In this document: positions 1-8,219 of the stretch, piece by piece
Position numbering within the stretch: the first letter of the stretch is position 1
Layout: each line of letters opens with the position of its first letter
Source: an uncultured Eubacteriales bacterium
GTDB taxonomy: Bacteria; Bacillota; Clostridia; Lachnospirales; Lachnospiraceae
DNA length: 64,000 nucleotides
Assembly (NCBI GenBank): GCA_900314845.1
Contig: OMWV01000054.1
Span: 21,631-85,630 of the forward strand
Reading direction: 5' to 3'
Notes under the pieces: model-generated
What the model was told of the DNA's origin: nothing
Databases searched by the model: none
Seen by the model: the letters and a program-made list of their open reading frames with translations, nothing else
Made by a program: the position numbers and the translations under genes

Positions 1-282
1 ATCGGGAAGCGGCTGCTGGTCCCGAATCGTAAGCTGAACAGGCCGGAATGTGCCTGTTATATCGCCTGTGATATCGGGGCTTATGACACCTGCCGGCATT
101 TGTGCCGGTACTGTTATGCGAATAATGACACATCGCTTGTCGCGGCAAACAGCCGGCTTCACGATCCGAAATCTCCGTTTCTGATCGGAAACTATGAGCC
201 AGAAGACAGAATCCATGACGTCCCTCAGGAATCCTGGATCGACCGGCAGATGACCTTGTTTGATATCATGAAGCCTGACTGA
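1..282 (+). CDS. DUF1848-family protein, C-terminal fragment (5' end lies outside the window)
   Basis: Frame 1 is open from position 1. It translates to ...CDIGAYDTCRHLCRYCYAN..., the Cys-rich C-terminal signature I associate with DUF1848. The stop is at 280-282. Confidence 0.55.
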   Translation: MGKRLLVPNRKLNRPECACYIACDIGAYDTCRHLCRYCYANNDTSLVAANSRLHDPKSPFLIGNYEPEDRIHDVPQESWIDRQMTLFDIMKPD

Positions 283-301
283 TGAAAGCCTGCATGATCC
301 G

Positions 302-673
302 CTATTTTTTATTGTAAAAACGCTTCTCCATTTTGCTGTAATGCTTATATAGTGTGCCGAAACGATAGTGGTAGTGTTCTTTCCACGGTTTTGCCCTGCC
401 GCAGAAATGCAGAGTAGAGGTGTTTGATATTACCCAGTCTACGTTTGCGCTGTTGCCGTGAAAAGATGTCCCTTCAGATCCGTCTGCCAGAGTACGTGGA
501 TCGGATTGATTACCAGGATATCCGGATTCAGATACAGGATGCGATGTAGCTCCGGCGGCAGTATGGTTCCTGCCAGGAGACGGTAATACATCTCCTGCGG
601 ATCGCAGTCTTTTATAGCATTCCTTTGACTTTCGTATTTCTTTCATTTTTTGTTGTCTGGCCATTCCTATCAT
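302..673 (-). pseudogene. Glycosyltransferase family 8 remnant (frameshifted and internally deleted)
   Basis: The C-terminal part reads ...TLHFCGRAKPWKEHYHY..., the GT8 HFxGxxKPW motif. A different minus-strand frame over about 440-640 reads EMYYRLLAGTILPPELHRILYLNPDILVINPIHVLWQTDLKGHLFTATA, the GT8 DxD region with Asp degraded, and it is bounded by stops. The roughly 100 aa that normally separate these motifs are missing. Confidence 0.55.
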
Positions 674-889
674 ATCTGCTTTTGCAGGTTATTACAATCC
701 TTTTGAATCGTTCTCTTCGAGACCTGTAGAATAACATCGGCTGAGATTTCTGCAAAAGACGGTATTGCAGCCATGATGTTTTCGTATAAACCATGGGATA
801 GGATTCAGAAATTTGTTATAATGTAATACCGGTGACAGGCATATTTGACTCGATGGGGTAAAGCTTAACGAGGTATGAGGAGCGTAATA

Positions 890-1825
890 ATGAATTATAT
901 CGTAATGGATCTGGAATGGAATCAGCCATTTGATCTGCGGAGAACTATAAAGAAACCGGTATTTCTTCATGGAGAAATCGTGCAGATAGGAGCGGTAAAA
1001 ACAGACGAAAAGTATCATATGTTGGACACCTTTAAAATTATTGTTACGCCCAAATATTATACGAGGATGCACTCTAAGGTCTCCAAATTGACAAAGATAA
1101 CGAATGATGATCTCCAGTACGGATTTTCGCTTCCGGTTGCTTTGAAACATTTTCGAAAATGGTGTGGTGAAGATTTCGTATTTCTCACATGGGGACAGGA
1201 TGATCTTGGGATGCTCAGAGAAAATATGATGCTTTATAAACTGGACACATCTTGGCTTCCTGACGCATATAATCTGCAGATTATATTTGATGACCAGATA
1301 TCCAAAGAACATCGTCAGGTCTCATTGACAGACGCTATGGACAGGGTCGGTGAAGAGGCACTGATTGCCCATGATGCGCTAAATGATGCAAGGAATACGG
1401 TATGTATCTGCCGGTATCTTGATATGGAAAAAGGACTGCAGGAATACAGCGAACTTCAGAGCCAGATGCAAAGCATGAATAACCAGCCGGTAGAAAAAAG
1501 CCAGACTGCAAAGGTTTATGGATCGAAAGAGGCAGCACTGAGCGATCCGGAGCTGATTGAGTTCAGCTGTCCGTATTGTGGCGGGAAGGTTTTCTGCAGA
1601 GATTTTGTCACTCAGAACTCCAGCAAGTACATCTGCATTGGGCAATGTGAAAATGGAGATGAGCTTTTAGTAAGATTCAAATTCAAAAAGTGGCCTGACG
1701 GGAAGTATACTGCTTCACGGATCATCTATGAAATGAAAGAAGAAAACCGGGAGTATTATATAAACAAAAAGCGGCGGGCTGAAGAAGCAAGAGCGGCATA
1801 CCTTGAGAGAATTCACTCTGACTGA
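890..1825 (+). CDS. DEDDh 3'-5' exonuclease (DnaQ/KapD-like) with a C-terminal Cys4 zinc-ribbon-like tail
   Basis: Motifs are IVMDLEWN (Exo I), FLTWGQDDLGML (Exo II-like) and AHDALNDARNT (Exo III, DEDDh). The tail carries CPYCGG...CIGQC. A GAGGAG RBS lies 7 nt upstream of ATG 890, so I prefer that over the track start at 875. Confidence 0.8.
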   Translation: MNYIVMDLEWNQPFDLRRTIKKPVFLHGEIVQIGAVKTDEKYHMLDTFKIIVTPKYYTRMHSKVSKLTKITNDDLQYGFSLPVALKHFRKWCGEDFVFLTWGQDDLGMLRENMMLYKLDTSWLPDAYNLQIIFDDQISKEHRQVSLTDAMDRVGEEALIAHDALNDARNTVCICRYLDMEKGLQEYSELQSQMQSMNNQPVEKSQTAKVYGSKEAALSDPELIEFSCPYCGGKVFCRDFVTQNSSKYICIGQCENGDELLVRFKFKKWPDGKYTASRIIYEMKEENREYYINKKRRAEEARAAYLERIHSD

Positions 1826-1880
1826 TCTGAGAAATAATCTGGTCGTCTTTCTTTTTATATTATCAATTGGGGAATGTTTT

Positions 1881-2228
1881 ATGGACAACTACGAAAAGGA
1901 TTCTGTTGACGATATCCATTTCATCCGGGTAATCCTGCATGAGGGGGACCAGCTGGTCATAGGGGCTGAATCTCTGAAGGACGAGGATGCCATGTATCTC
2001 AGGGCCCTGAACATCGGCGGCAGCCATCCCTGGAACGGTCACATGATCCGGGATTTGGACATCTCCCGACAGACATTTATTGTCATTATTAAAAGAGAGG
2101 GCAGAGGCATCATTCCCAAGGGGGATACCGTGATCCGGGCGGGGGACGAGCTCCTCATGTACTCTCGGGTCACAGAGGCGGACGACAGAAATATGGATAT
2201 GGACGGCATGCCGATAGAGTTGGACTGA
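1881..2228 (+). CDS. Stand-alone TrkA-C (RCK C-terminal) domain protein
   Basis: The segment ...IRDLDISRQTFIVIIKREGRGIIPKGDTVIRAGDELLMYS matches the TrkA-C pattern. The first ATG in the ORF is at 1881. Confidence 0.55.
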   Translation: MDNYEKDSVDDIHFIRVILHEGDQLVIGAESLKDEDAMYLRALNIGGSHPWNGHMIRDLDISRQTFIVIIKREGRGIIPKGDTVIRAGDELLMYSRVTEADDRNMDMDGMPIELD

Positions 2229-2617
2229 AGAAGTGCCGGTCATACTCACACTGGTGAAGATTGCAAACGGAACGAAGAGATGGTTCCCGGAAAGGTGCAG
2301 TTCTTTATAGATCAGTCTTTGCATTATGCAGGGGCTGATTTTTTAGAATAGAAAATTTCTACGATTTGGGTCCTGCCAGAAATAGAATGCCTGCCGGCAG
2401 GCATACAAAGAGCATACGATCTTGAGAAGTTCAATAGGTGCAAAATTTTTCCATATGCAAGAAAATCTTTCTATAAAATAAAAAATCCAATTTTTATTTA
2501 CCGGAGTGATCATCTTGTGATATAGTTAGTATAGACAAACCAATCGCGTGAATCGATGAGCAGGCTGCTGCTTACAGGGTCGACATTGCTGGTCGGGAAA
2601 AAGGAGAGGATTCGCAA

Positions 2618-3469
2618 ATGGATAAGATACACATAGAAAAAGGGAGTGTGCAGGAGACACTGATCGTTCCGCTCTATGCAAGAAAGCTGTGCGCGGAGCA
2701 GTTCCCTTCCCTGTATCAGGATGACTATGCCTCTATGATCTGCGACAGACTCGATTACGATTTCACAAAGTTCAGGCAAAAGGAAAACAGTGCACTCTAT
2801 CAGTTCGGCGGACTGGAAGGCGCTATCCGTGAGAAAGATATGATCTGGGAAATTACGGATTATCTGAAGAAGCATCCCCTGGCAGCTGTTGTGAATCTTG
2901 GCTGCGGCCTGAATATGACCGGCAGGGCTGCGGACAATGGAAGCTGCCGGATATATAATCTGGATTTTCCGGATGTCATAAGGTCCAGAAATGAGATCAT
3001 TCCGGCAGGAGAGAGGGAACAGAATATTGCCTGCGACCTGAATGATTTTTCATGGATGGATCAGATTGACGCATCCTCTGGAGCGGTCCTCTATGCCGCC
3101 GGCGTGTTCCACTATTTTACTACGAAACAGATCAGGAGCATGGTCGTTGCCATGGCTGATAAATTTCCCGGCGGAAAGCTCGTCTTCGATACTGTAGGCA
3201 AGTTCGGCCTCGACGTGCTCATGAAGGGGACTCTCAAGAATATGGGCATGAATGATGTATCCGGTCTCTTCTATGTCAATGATGAAAGAGATCTGGAAGG
3301 CTGGTCTTACAAGGTTAAGCTTGTCTCAAGAAAAAGCTATATGCAGGGCTATTTCAGTCTGGATGATCCAAACATCAAAGGAATACACAGATTCCTGGCA
3401 AAGCTCTGTGATAATCTGGCGAAAATGTATATTAACAGGATGGAGTTCACGGAAGAAGGGGAAAAATGA
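2618..3469 (+). CDS. Class I SAM-dependent methyltransferase (TcmP / leucine carboxyl MT-like family), paralog 1
   Basis: The N-terminus ETLIVPLYARK... and the VNLGCGLNM SAM motif I fit this family, as does AAGVFHYF. An AAGGAGAG RBS precedes the start. Confidence 0.75.
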   Translation: MDKIHIEKGSVQETLIVPLYARKLCAEQFPSLYQDDYASMICDRLDYDFTKFRQKENSALYQFGGLEGAIREKDMIWEITDYLKKHPLAAVVNLGCGLNMTGRAADNGSCRIYNLDFPDVIRSRNEIIPAGEREQNIACDLNDFSWMDQIDASSGAVLYAAGVFHYFTTKQIRSMVVAMADKFPGGKLVFDTVGKFGLDVLMKGTLKNMGMNDVSGLFYVNDERDLEGWSYKVKLVSRKSYMQGYFSLDDPNIKGIHRFLAKLCDNLAKMYINRMEFTEEGEK

Positions 3470-4185
3470 AGATGGAAATGAATGAAGTATCAAAGACTTT
3501 GTTTGTCCCGATGGGCGGAAGAATCTATGCATCAGAACACTTTCCCAGGCTGCTCTGCGACCCAAAAGCACTGGAACTGAAGAAGCATTTCCCCGAAGGG
3601 GCGCTGCAGGACAAGGAGCAGTCTCAGTATACCTATCTTGCCAGTGCCAGCAGGTGCCGCAACATCGATGAACGGATCCGGGAATTCCTGAAGAAATATC
3701 CCGAGGGTGCCCTCGTGGAGCTTGGCTGTGGTCTGGAGACAACATACTTTCGCACAGACAACGGCAGGGCACATTGGTATGAGCTGGATCTTCCGGAGGT
3801 CATCAGCTATCGCAGAGACTTGATCCCTCTTCAGAACCGCATGCATTTCATAGAGGCCTCTGCCTTTGACACGGCATGGATGGAGGAACTAGCGCCGGCC
3901 TTGAAGGATCAGCCCGTTCTCTTTCTTGCCAGCGGCGTCTTCCAGTATTTTGAGGAAAATATGGTGATTCAGCTGTTTCGTGACCTGCAGCGTTTCTCCC
4001 ATGCCTTCATTGTATTTGACGCGGTGTCAAAGCTGGGCATGAAGGGTACGAGACGCTACATGAAGCAGCTGGGGAAGGATGCCGCTGCCATGTACTTCTA
4101 CTGTGATGATGCCGCTGAACTAGCCAAAAAGGCAGGAAAGGGAATCAGCGTGACCTGCAGCAAGGACTTTTTACCGCGATATTGA
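3466..4185 (+). CDS. Class I SAM-dependent methyltransferase, paralog 2 (C-terminus possibly frameshifted)
   Basis: It is collinear with paralog 1: KTLFVPMGGR, VELGCGLET, ASGVFQYF. Its ATG overlaps the upstream stop as ATGA. The ORF ends about 35 aa earlier than paralog 1, right after a T5 run. Confidence 0.7.
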   Translation: MKMEMNEVSKTLFVPMGGRIYASEHFPRLLCDPKALELKKHFPEGALQDKEQSQYTYLASASRCRNIDERIREFLKKYPEGALVELGCGLETTYFRTDNGRAHWYELDLPEVISYRRDLIPLQNRMHFIEASAFDTAWMEELAPALKDQPVLFLASGVFQYFEENMVIQLFRDLQRFSHAFIVFDAVSKLGMKGTRRYMKQLGKDAAAMYFYCDDAAELAKKAGKGISVTCSKDFLPRY

Positions 4186-4370
4186 CAAGCAGGGCATGAA
4201 CTTTGCCACGAGGGCATCCATGAACATCTCAGACTGGCTGCACATGGTCAAGCTCATAGAGTTGAAGCTTTCATAAGCAGAAATGTGGTTTTAACCACAT
4301 ACAAGAAGGGGCGGGTTGCATTATACTAACAGTGTAAACAGAGAAAAGAAAATGCAGGAGGAGACCAGCT

Positions 4371-5057
4371 ATGAGTTATACAGAATGGAAAGATAAAACA
4401 GCAGGATTTAAGACCGTGGATGTGCGCGGCGTGGTCGGAAATTTTTTCCCGGGACTTAAGAAGCAGGCGATGCAGATCCCGCAGGGGAGCGGGCTTACTG
4501 TGATCCAGAGCTTTGAGCCGATCCCTCTTTACGAGGTCATGGATCAGCTGGGATATGAGCGCCAGGTCGAGAAGATTTCCGAAAAGGAATATCGTGCTTA
4601 TTTCTATCGCGCGCAGGCTAAGAAAGCCGAAGTGGATATTCCCATGCGCCCGGCAGCGCTGACAAACTTTCCGATGATAGATAATGATCTGGCAGATATC
4701 GCTGTGAACTTCTGGGATCTGACCTGGAATGATGACCGCCGTCATCTGCCTTATGAGATGCGTCTGCTGCTTTCTCTTACAAATGCGGTAGGGGCGGGGC
4801 GTATGCGTCAGGCGACAAGGGAGCTTGTTAAGGCTTATATCCACGGACTGGATAGCGCAGCCCTGGATGATGTATTTGAACTTCTGGCCTGGAACCAGGG
4901 AATCGGCTGCTTCAGCAGTGAAATCGGTCCCTCCACGCTTTTTGCAGCCTATAAATTCATAAAGCAGAGCGAGAAAAAGGGTACGGCGCGGGAAGAGATC
5001 TGCCAGGGTCTGAAAGAAAAATTCGGCGAGAAGAACCCGGATGTGAAGGTGCAGTGA
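4371..5057 (+). CDS. DUF2249-like N-terminal domain fused to a carboxymuconolactone-decarboxylase (AhpD-like) domain
   Basis: The N-terminus VDVRG...GSGLTVIQSFEPIPLYEVMDQLGYE fits the DUF2249/TusA-like pattern. The C-terminus LLLSLTNAVGAGRMRQATRELVKAYIHG is CMD-like. No CxxC is present. A GGAGGAG RBS precedes the start. Confidence 0.55.
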   Translation: MSYTEWKDKTAGFKTVDVRGVVGNFFPGLKKQAMQIPQGSGLTVIQSFEPIPLYEVMDQLGYERQVEKISEKEYRAYFYRAQAKKAEVDIPMRPAALTNFPMIDNDLADIAVNFWDLTWNDDRRHLPYEMRLLLSLTNAVGAGRMRQATRELVKAYIHGLDSAALDDVFELLAWNQGIGCFSSEIGPSTLFAAYKFIKQSEKKGTAREEICQGLKEKFGEKNPDVKVQ

Positions 5058-5094
5058 TAAATGCACCGGTGAGTCTTTTGATCAAAAACAAAAA

Positions 5095-5140
5095 GGCCGC
5101 CCTCCGCAGTAAGATCTGCGGCGGACGGTCTGTCTTTTTA
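5095..5140. terminator. Imperfect GC-rich hairpin between convergent genes, probably a bidirectional terminator
   Basis: The sequence is ggccgccctccgcag-taagat-ctgcggcggacggtc. It is flanked by an A-run upstream and tgtcttttta downstream. Confidence 0.5.
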
Positions 5141-5151
5141 TCAGTAAGTTT

Positions 5152-7251
5152 TCATGCCTTATCTTCCGGCAGCAGCTCCGTCATACTGTGAAGGCTCAGG
5201 GCTATCGTCGAGCCGTTGTGGAGCAGGGCAGTGATGTTCGGCGTCAGGATGCCGAACATGCCCAGGAGGATGAGGCCGGAATTAAAGCCGAGGATGAAGC
5301 GGTAGTTGCCGTTGATCCGTTTCATCAGGCCTGATGCCACCCGGCGAAGGGTCAGGAGGGAGGCAAGATCGTCCTCGGCTATCATGATATCGGAAACCTC
5401 GCGGGCAATAGCGGCGCCGCTGTTTATGGCGATGCCGGCGTCTGCCTCGGAGAGGGCCGGGGAATCATTTATGCCGTCGCCGACCATGATGACCTTGCGG
5501 CCGGCCTTATGTTCCTCTTGAATAAAGGCTGCCTTGTCTTCCGGCAGGACTTCTGCGCGGAAGCTGTCGACGCCCACCTTCTTCGCAACGGCGCGCGCTG
5601 TCCTGTAGCTGTCGCCTGTCAGCATGACAACATTTGAGATGCCAAGCTCGTGCAGAGATCTTACAACAGAAGCAGTTTCCTCCTTCAGCGGATCTTCTAT
5701 GAGGATGACGGCTGCAAGCTCGTCTCCGATAGAAAGATAGAGGTGGGAATATTCATCCGGCAGACTGTGAAAGAGCTCTTTACCCGCCGGATCAGCCGGA
5801 AGGGCGATGCCTTCATCTTCAAACAGGAAATGATAGCTGCCTATCCTTACCTTTTGACCGTTTATGCTGCTGGCAATGCCGTGGGCCACGATATATTCGA
5901 CGCCGGCGTGCATTTCCTTGTGGCTCAGACCCCTTCGCGCTGCCTCCTGTACGACAGCATTTGCAATGGAATGGGGGAAATGCTCCTCCAGGCAGGCTGC
6001 CAGGCGCAGCATCTCTGCCTCGTTCCTGCCATCGAAAGGCACGATTTCTTTGACCTTGGGGGACGCCTTTGTCAGAGTGCCGGTCTTGTCAAATACTATC
6101 GTGTCCGCCTCAGCGACAGCTTCCATGAATCTGCCGCCTTTGACCGTGATAGAATGGTCTCCCGCCTCGCGCATAGCGGACAAAACGGCTATGGGCATGG
6201 ACAGTTTGAGCGCGCAGCAAAAATCCACCATCAATATGGACGTGGCTCTTGTCACATTCCGGGAGATGAGAAGGGTCAGAAGCGTCGCGCCGAACGTGTA
6301 GGGAACCAGTCTGTCGGCAAGCTCCGAAGCCCGCATCTCGGACGTAGACTTCAGCTTTTCGGACTCCTCGATCATCTGGACGATCCGGTCGTAGCGGCCG
6401 GTGCCTGCCGTGTTCTTTACGGCGACGAGGAGCTGGCCTTCCTCCACGACGGTTCCGGAGTAGACACTGCTGCCTGCTGATTTTGCTGCAGGGAGAGGCT
6501 CGCCGGTTATGGATGCCTGGTTGACGGACGCGTCGCCGGAAAGGACGGTACCGTCGAGAGGGATCATATTGCCGGTGCGGACGATCATCTGCTCGCCGGC
6601 CGTCACACTGGAAACTTCCTTCAGCACTTCCTGACCGTCTTCATCGCGGATCCACACCTTTTCAACATTAAGCGACATGGTCCGGGCAAGATCATCCACA
6701 GACTTGCGGTAGGTGTAATCCTCCATGATGTCGCCCAGTTTCAGCAGGAACATAACGGAGCCTGCCGTATCGAAATCGCCTCTTGCGATGGAAACGCCGA
6801 TGCTGACGGCATCCAGAAGCGGTACCTGAAGCTTCCCGGAACCAAGAGAACGGATGCCCTTTATCAGGTAGGGGATGGATTTTACCGTTGTCAGGACCAT
6901 GCGGACCGGAAGAGGCAGGAACCATCTTGTCACCACTCTCTCGGCGACATGGTAAAAAAGCTTGTCTTCAAACTGCCTCTGCAGCTTCCTGCCTGTCTGA
7001 TCCGGTACGGTGACAGGCGCGTCCTCATAATGGAAAAGGGAAAGAGCATGAACGATACTGTCCCTGCTCTTTCTGCCTGCCCGAAAATATATGACTGCGT
7101 CACAGGTTCTGTCATAGACCTTAACTTTTGTAACGGCCGACAGATCCCGCAGATAATATTCCAGAATATCCGCCTGGTCCAGGGTCATCCGATACTGCCG
7201 CATCCGGACGCGCAGGCGCCCTTTTGATTCATGCAGAATCGTACATTTCAT
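5152..7251 (-). CDS. Heavy-metal-type (P1B) P-type ATPase with a non-canonical transmembrane metal motif and a CxxC-less N-terminal domain
   Basis: Core motifs are ITGEPLP, DKTGTLT, an EEHFPHS HP-like motif, MLTGDS and GDGINDSPAL. The position that is normally CPC/SPC reads VDFCCALKLSMP. The N-terminal roughly 70 aa look like an HMA fold but lack CxxC. Confidence 0.9.
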   Translation of the reverse strand: MKCTILHESKGRLRVRMRQYRMTLDQADILEYYLRDLSAVTKVKVYDRTCDAVIYFRAGRKSRDSIVHALSLFHYEDAPVTVPDQTGRKLQRQFEDKLFYHVAERVVTRWFLPLPVRMVLTTVKSIPYLIKGIRSLGSGKLQVPLLDAVSIGVSIARGDFDTAGSVMFLLKLGDIMEDYTYRKSVDDLARTMSLNVEKVWIRDEDGQEVLKEVSSVTAGEQMIVRTGNMIPLDGTVLSGDASVNQASITGEPLPAAKSAGSSVYSGTVVEEGQLLVAVKNTAGTGRYDRIVQMIEESEKLKSTSEMRASELADRLVPYTFGATLLTLLISRNVTRATSILMVDFCCALKLSMPIAVLSAMREAGDHSITVKGGRFMEAVAEADTIVFDKTGTLTKASPKVKEIVPFDGRNEAEMLRLAACLEEHFPHSIANAVVQEAARRGLSHKEMHAGVEYIVAHGIASSINGQKVRIGSYHFLFEDEGIALPADPAGKELFHSLPDEYSHLYLSIGDELAAVILIEDPLKEETASVVRSLHELGISNVVMLTGDSYRTARAVAKKVGVDSFRAEVLPEDKAAFIQEEHKAGRKVIMVGDGINDSPALSEADAGIAINSGAAIAREVSDIMIAEDDLASLLTLRRVASGLMKRINGNYRFILGFNSGLILLGMFGILTPNITALLHNGSTIALSLHSMTELLPEDKA

Positions 7252-7269
7252 AATTGATACCTGTCCTTG

Positions 7270-7584
7270 TTACGCGTTTTCTGTGTCAGCCTCTTCTTTC
7301 TCTTTCTCTTCCGCCTTGCGAAGGAGCTCTTTCGCGTCAGCTATCTCGCGCTCTTCGCGTGCCTGCTCGCGCTTCTCATTTATCTCATCAGCGTCGGCAG
7401 CAATATCTTCACAGTTCTCCTTCAGGGTTGTAAATGTCTTCATGACGCTGCCTGCGCCGCGCTTTATTGCCGCGGTCACGTGAGTATAGCAAGACTTCGC
7501 GTCAGCTGATTTGAGGACGGATACACCGGCTGTTCCAATTAAAAATCCGTAAGTAAGAAGTCTGACTGTTTTCCAATTATTCAT
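7270..7584 (-). CDS. Small membrane-anchored protein with a Glu/Lys-rich coiled-coil tail, co-operonic with the ATPase
   Basis: The N-terminal segment LLTYGFLIGTAGVSVL is hydrophobic and the tail is EKREQAREEREIADAKELLRKAEEKEKEEA. The gene ends 18 nt upstream of the ATPase start. Confidence 0.5.
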   Translation of the reverse strand: MNNWKTVRLLTYGFLIGTAGVSVLKSADAKSCYTHVTAAIKRGAGSVMKTFTTLKENCEDIAADADEINEKREQAREEREIADAKELLRKAEEKEKEEADTENA

Positions 7585-7913
7585 GGTAATACCGCCTTTC
7601 TGTGTGCAGGCATGGCTGATCTCAATTTACTCTGCCCGCTCTGGTAATAGTTGTTTAGTCTTATCATGATATTCTGTTTACAAAAACTTGTCAAAGGGAT
7701 GCTTCCTTTATTGGCTCTTATCGAGAAAATTTGCGCAATTAGCAGATTCTCATTATGCATTTCTCTTGACTAACCCGGCAGGCAAAGCCTATGATTATTT
7801 TAAATCCAAATCGTCGGATAATTGCTTTTATTGTATATACAATCATGCAGGCAAGAGCTCATGTAAATTGTTATTCTTTTCACTTAACAGATCAGGAAAG
7901 CGGGGGACTGGAA

Positions 7914-8138
7914 ATGTTGAATCTCAGCAGGTCAAAGAGCGGTGACACTTGTGTCGTCACCTGGATGATGGGAGAATTTTCTTCTTTATTAAAGGAAAGG
8001 TATGATCTGAAAGAAGACACGCACCTTTATGTGCTGCAGCATTATAAAAACGGGGATGTGATCATTCTTTACGGGGACAAGAAGCTGGCGCTCCCGGGCC
8101 TGGCTGCGGAGAGGATAAAAGTAGAGCTTGCCAGCTGA
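7914..8138 (+). CDS. FeoA-domain (SH3-like) small protein
   Basis: MLNLSRSKSGDTCVVTWM...LYVLQHYKNGDVIILYGDKKLALPGLAAERIKVE fits the FeoA pattern. A GGAAAGCGGGGGA RBS precedes ATG 7914. The upstream 41 codons of the track ORF look non-coding. Confidence 0.6.
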   Translation: MLNLSRSKSGDTCVVTWMMGEFSSLLKERYDLKEDTHLYVLQHYKNGDVIILYGDKKLALPGLAAERIKVELAS

Positions 8139-8163
8139 AGCAGCTTTTCACAGCATAAAAACA

Positions 8164-8200
8164 GGGCGGGGCGGGTCTTTGCTGACCCGGCCCGCCTTTC
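8164..8200. terminator. Bidirectional rho-independent terminator
   Basis: The stem is ggcggggcgggtc-tttgct-gacccggcccgcc with one mismatch. It is flanked by aaaaac and tttcg and sits between convergent genes. Confidence 0.65.
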
Positions 8201-8219
8201 GATGCGTAAGGTGCGCGCC

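Noticed and set aside
7811-7850. A Fur box upstream of the FeoA-like gene (GGATAATTGCTTTTATTG).
   Set aside because: It matches the GATAATGATAATCATTATC or 7-1-7 consensus poorly. Only the separate 14-bp palindrome is reported, and without a Fur claim.
7791-7913. The N-terminal 41-codon extension of the FeoA-like ORF, and the overlapping ORF 7688..7945.
   Set aside because: The extension is AT-rich with an odd composition and no RBS. An internal ATG at 7914 has a good RBS and yields a standard 74-aa FeoA-size protein.
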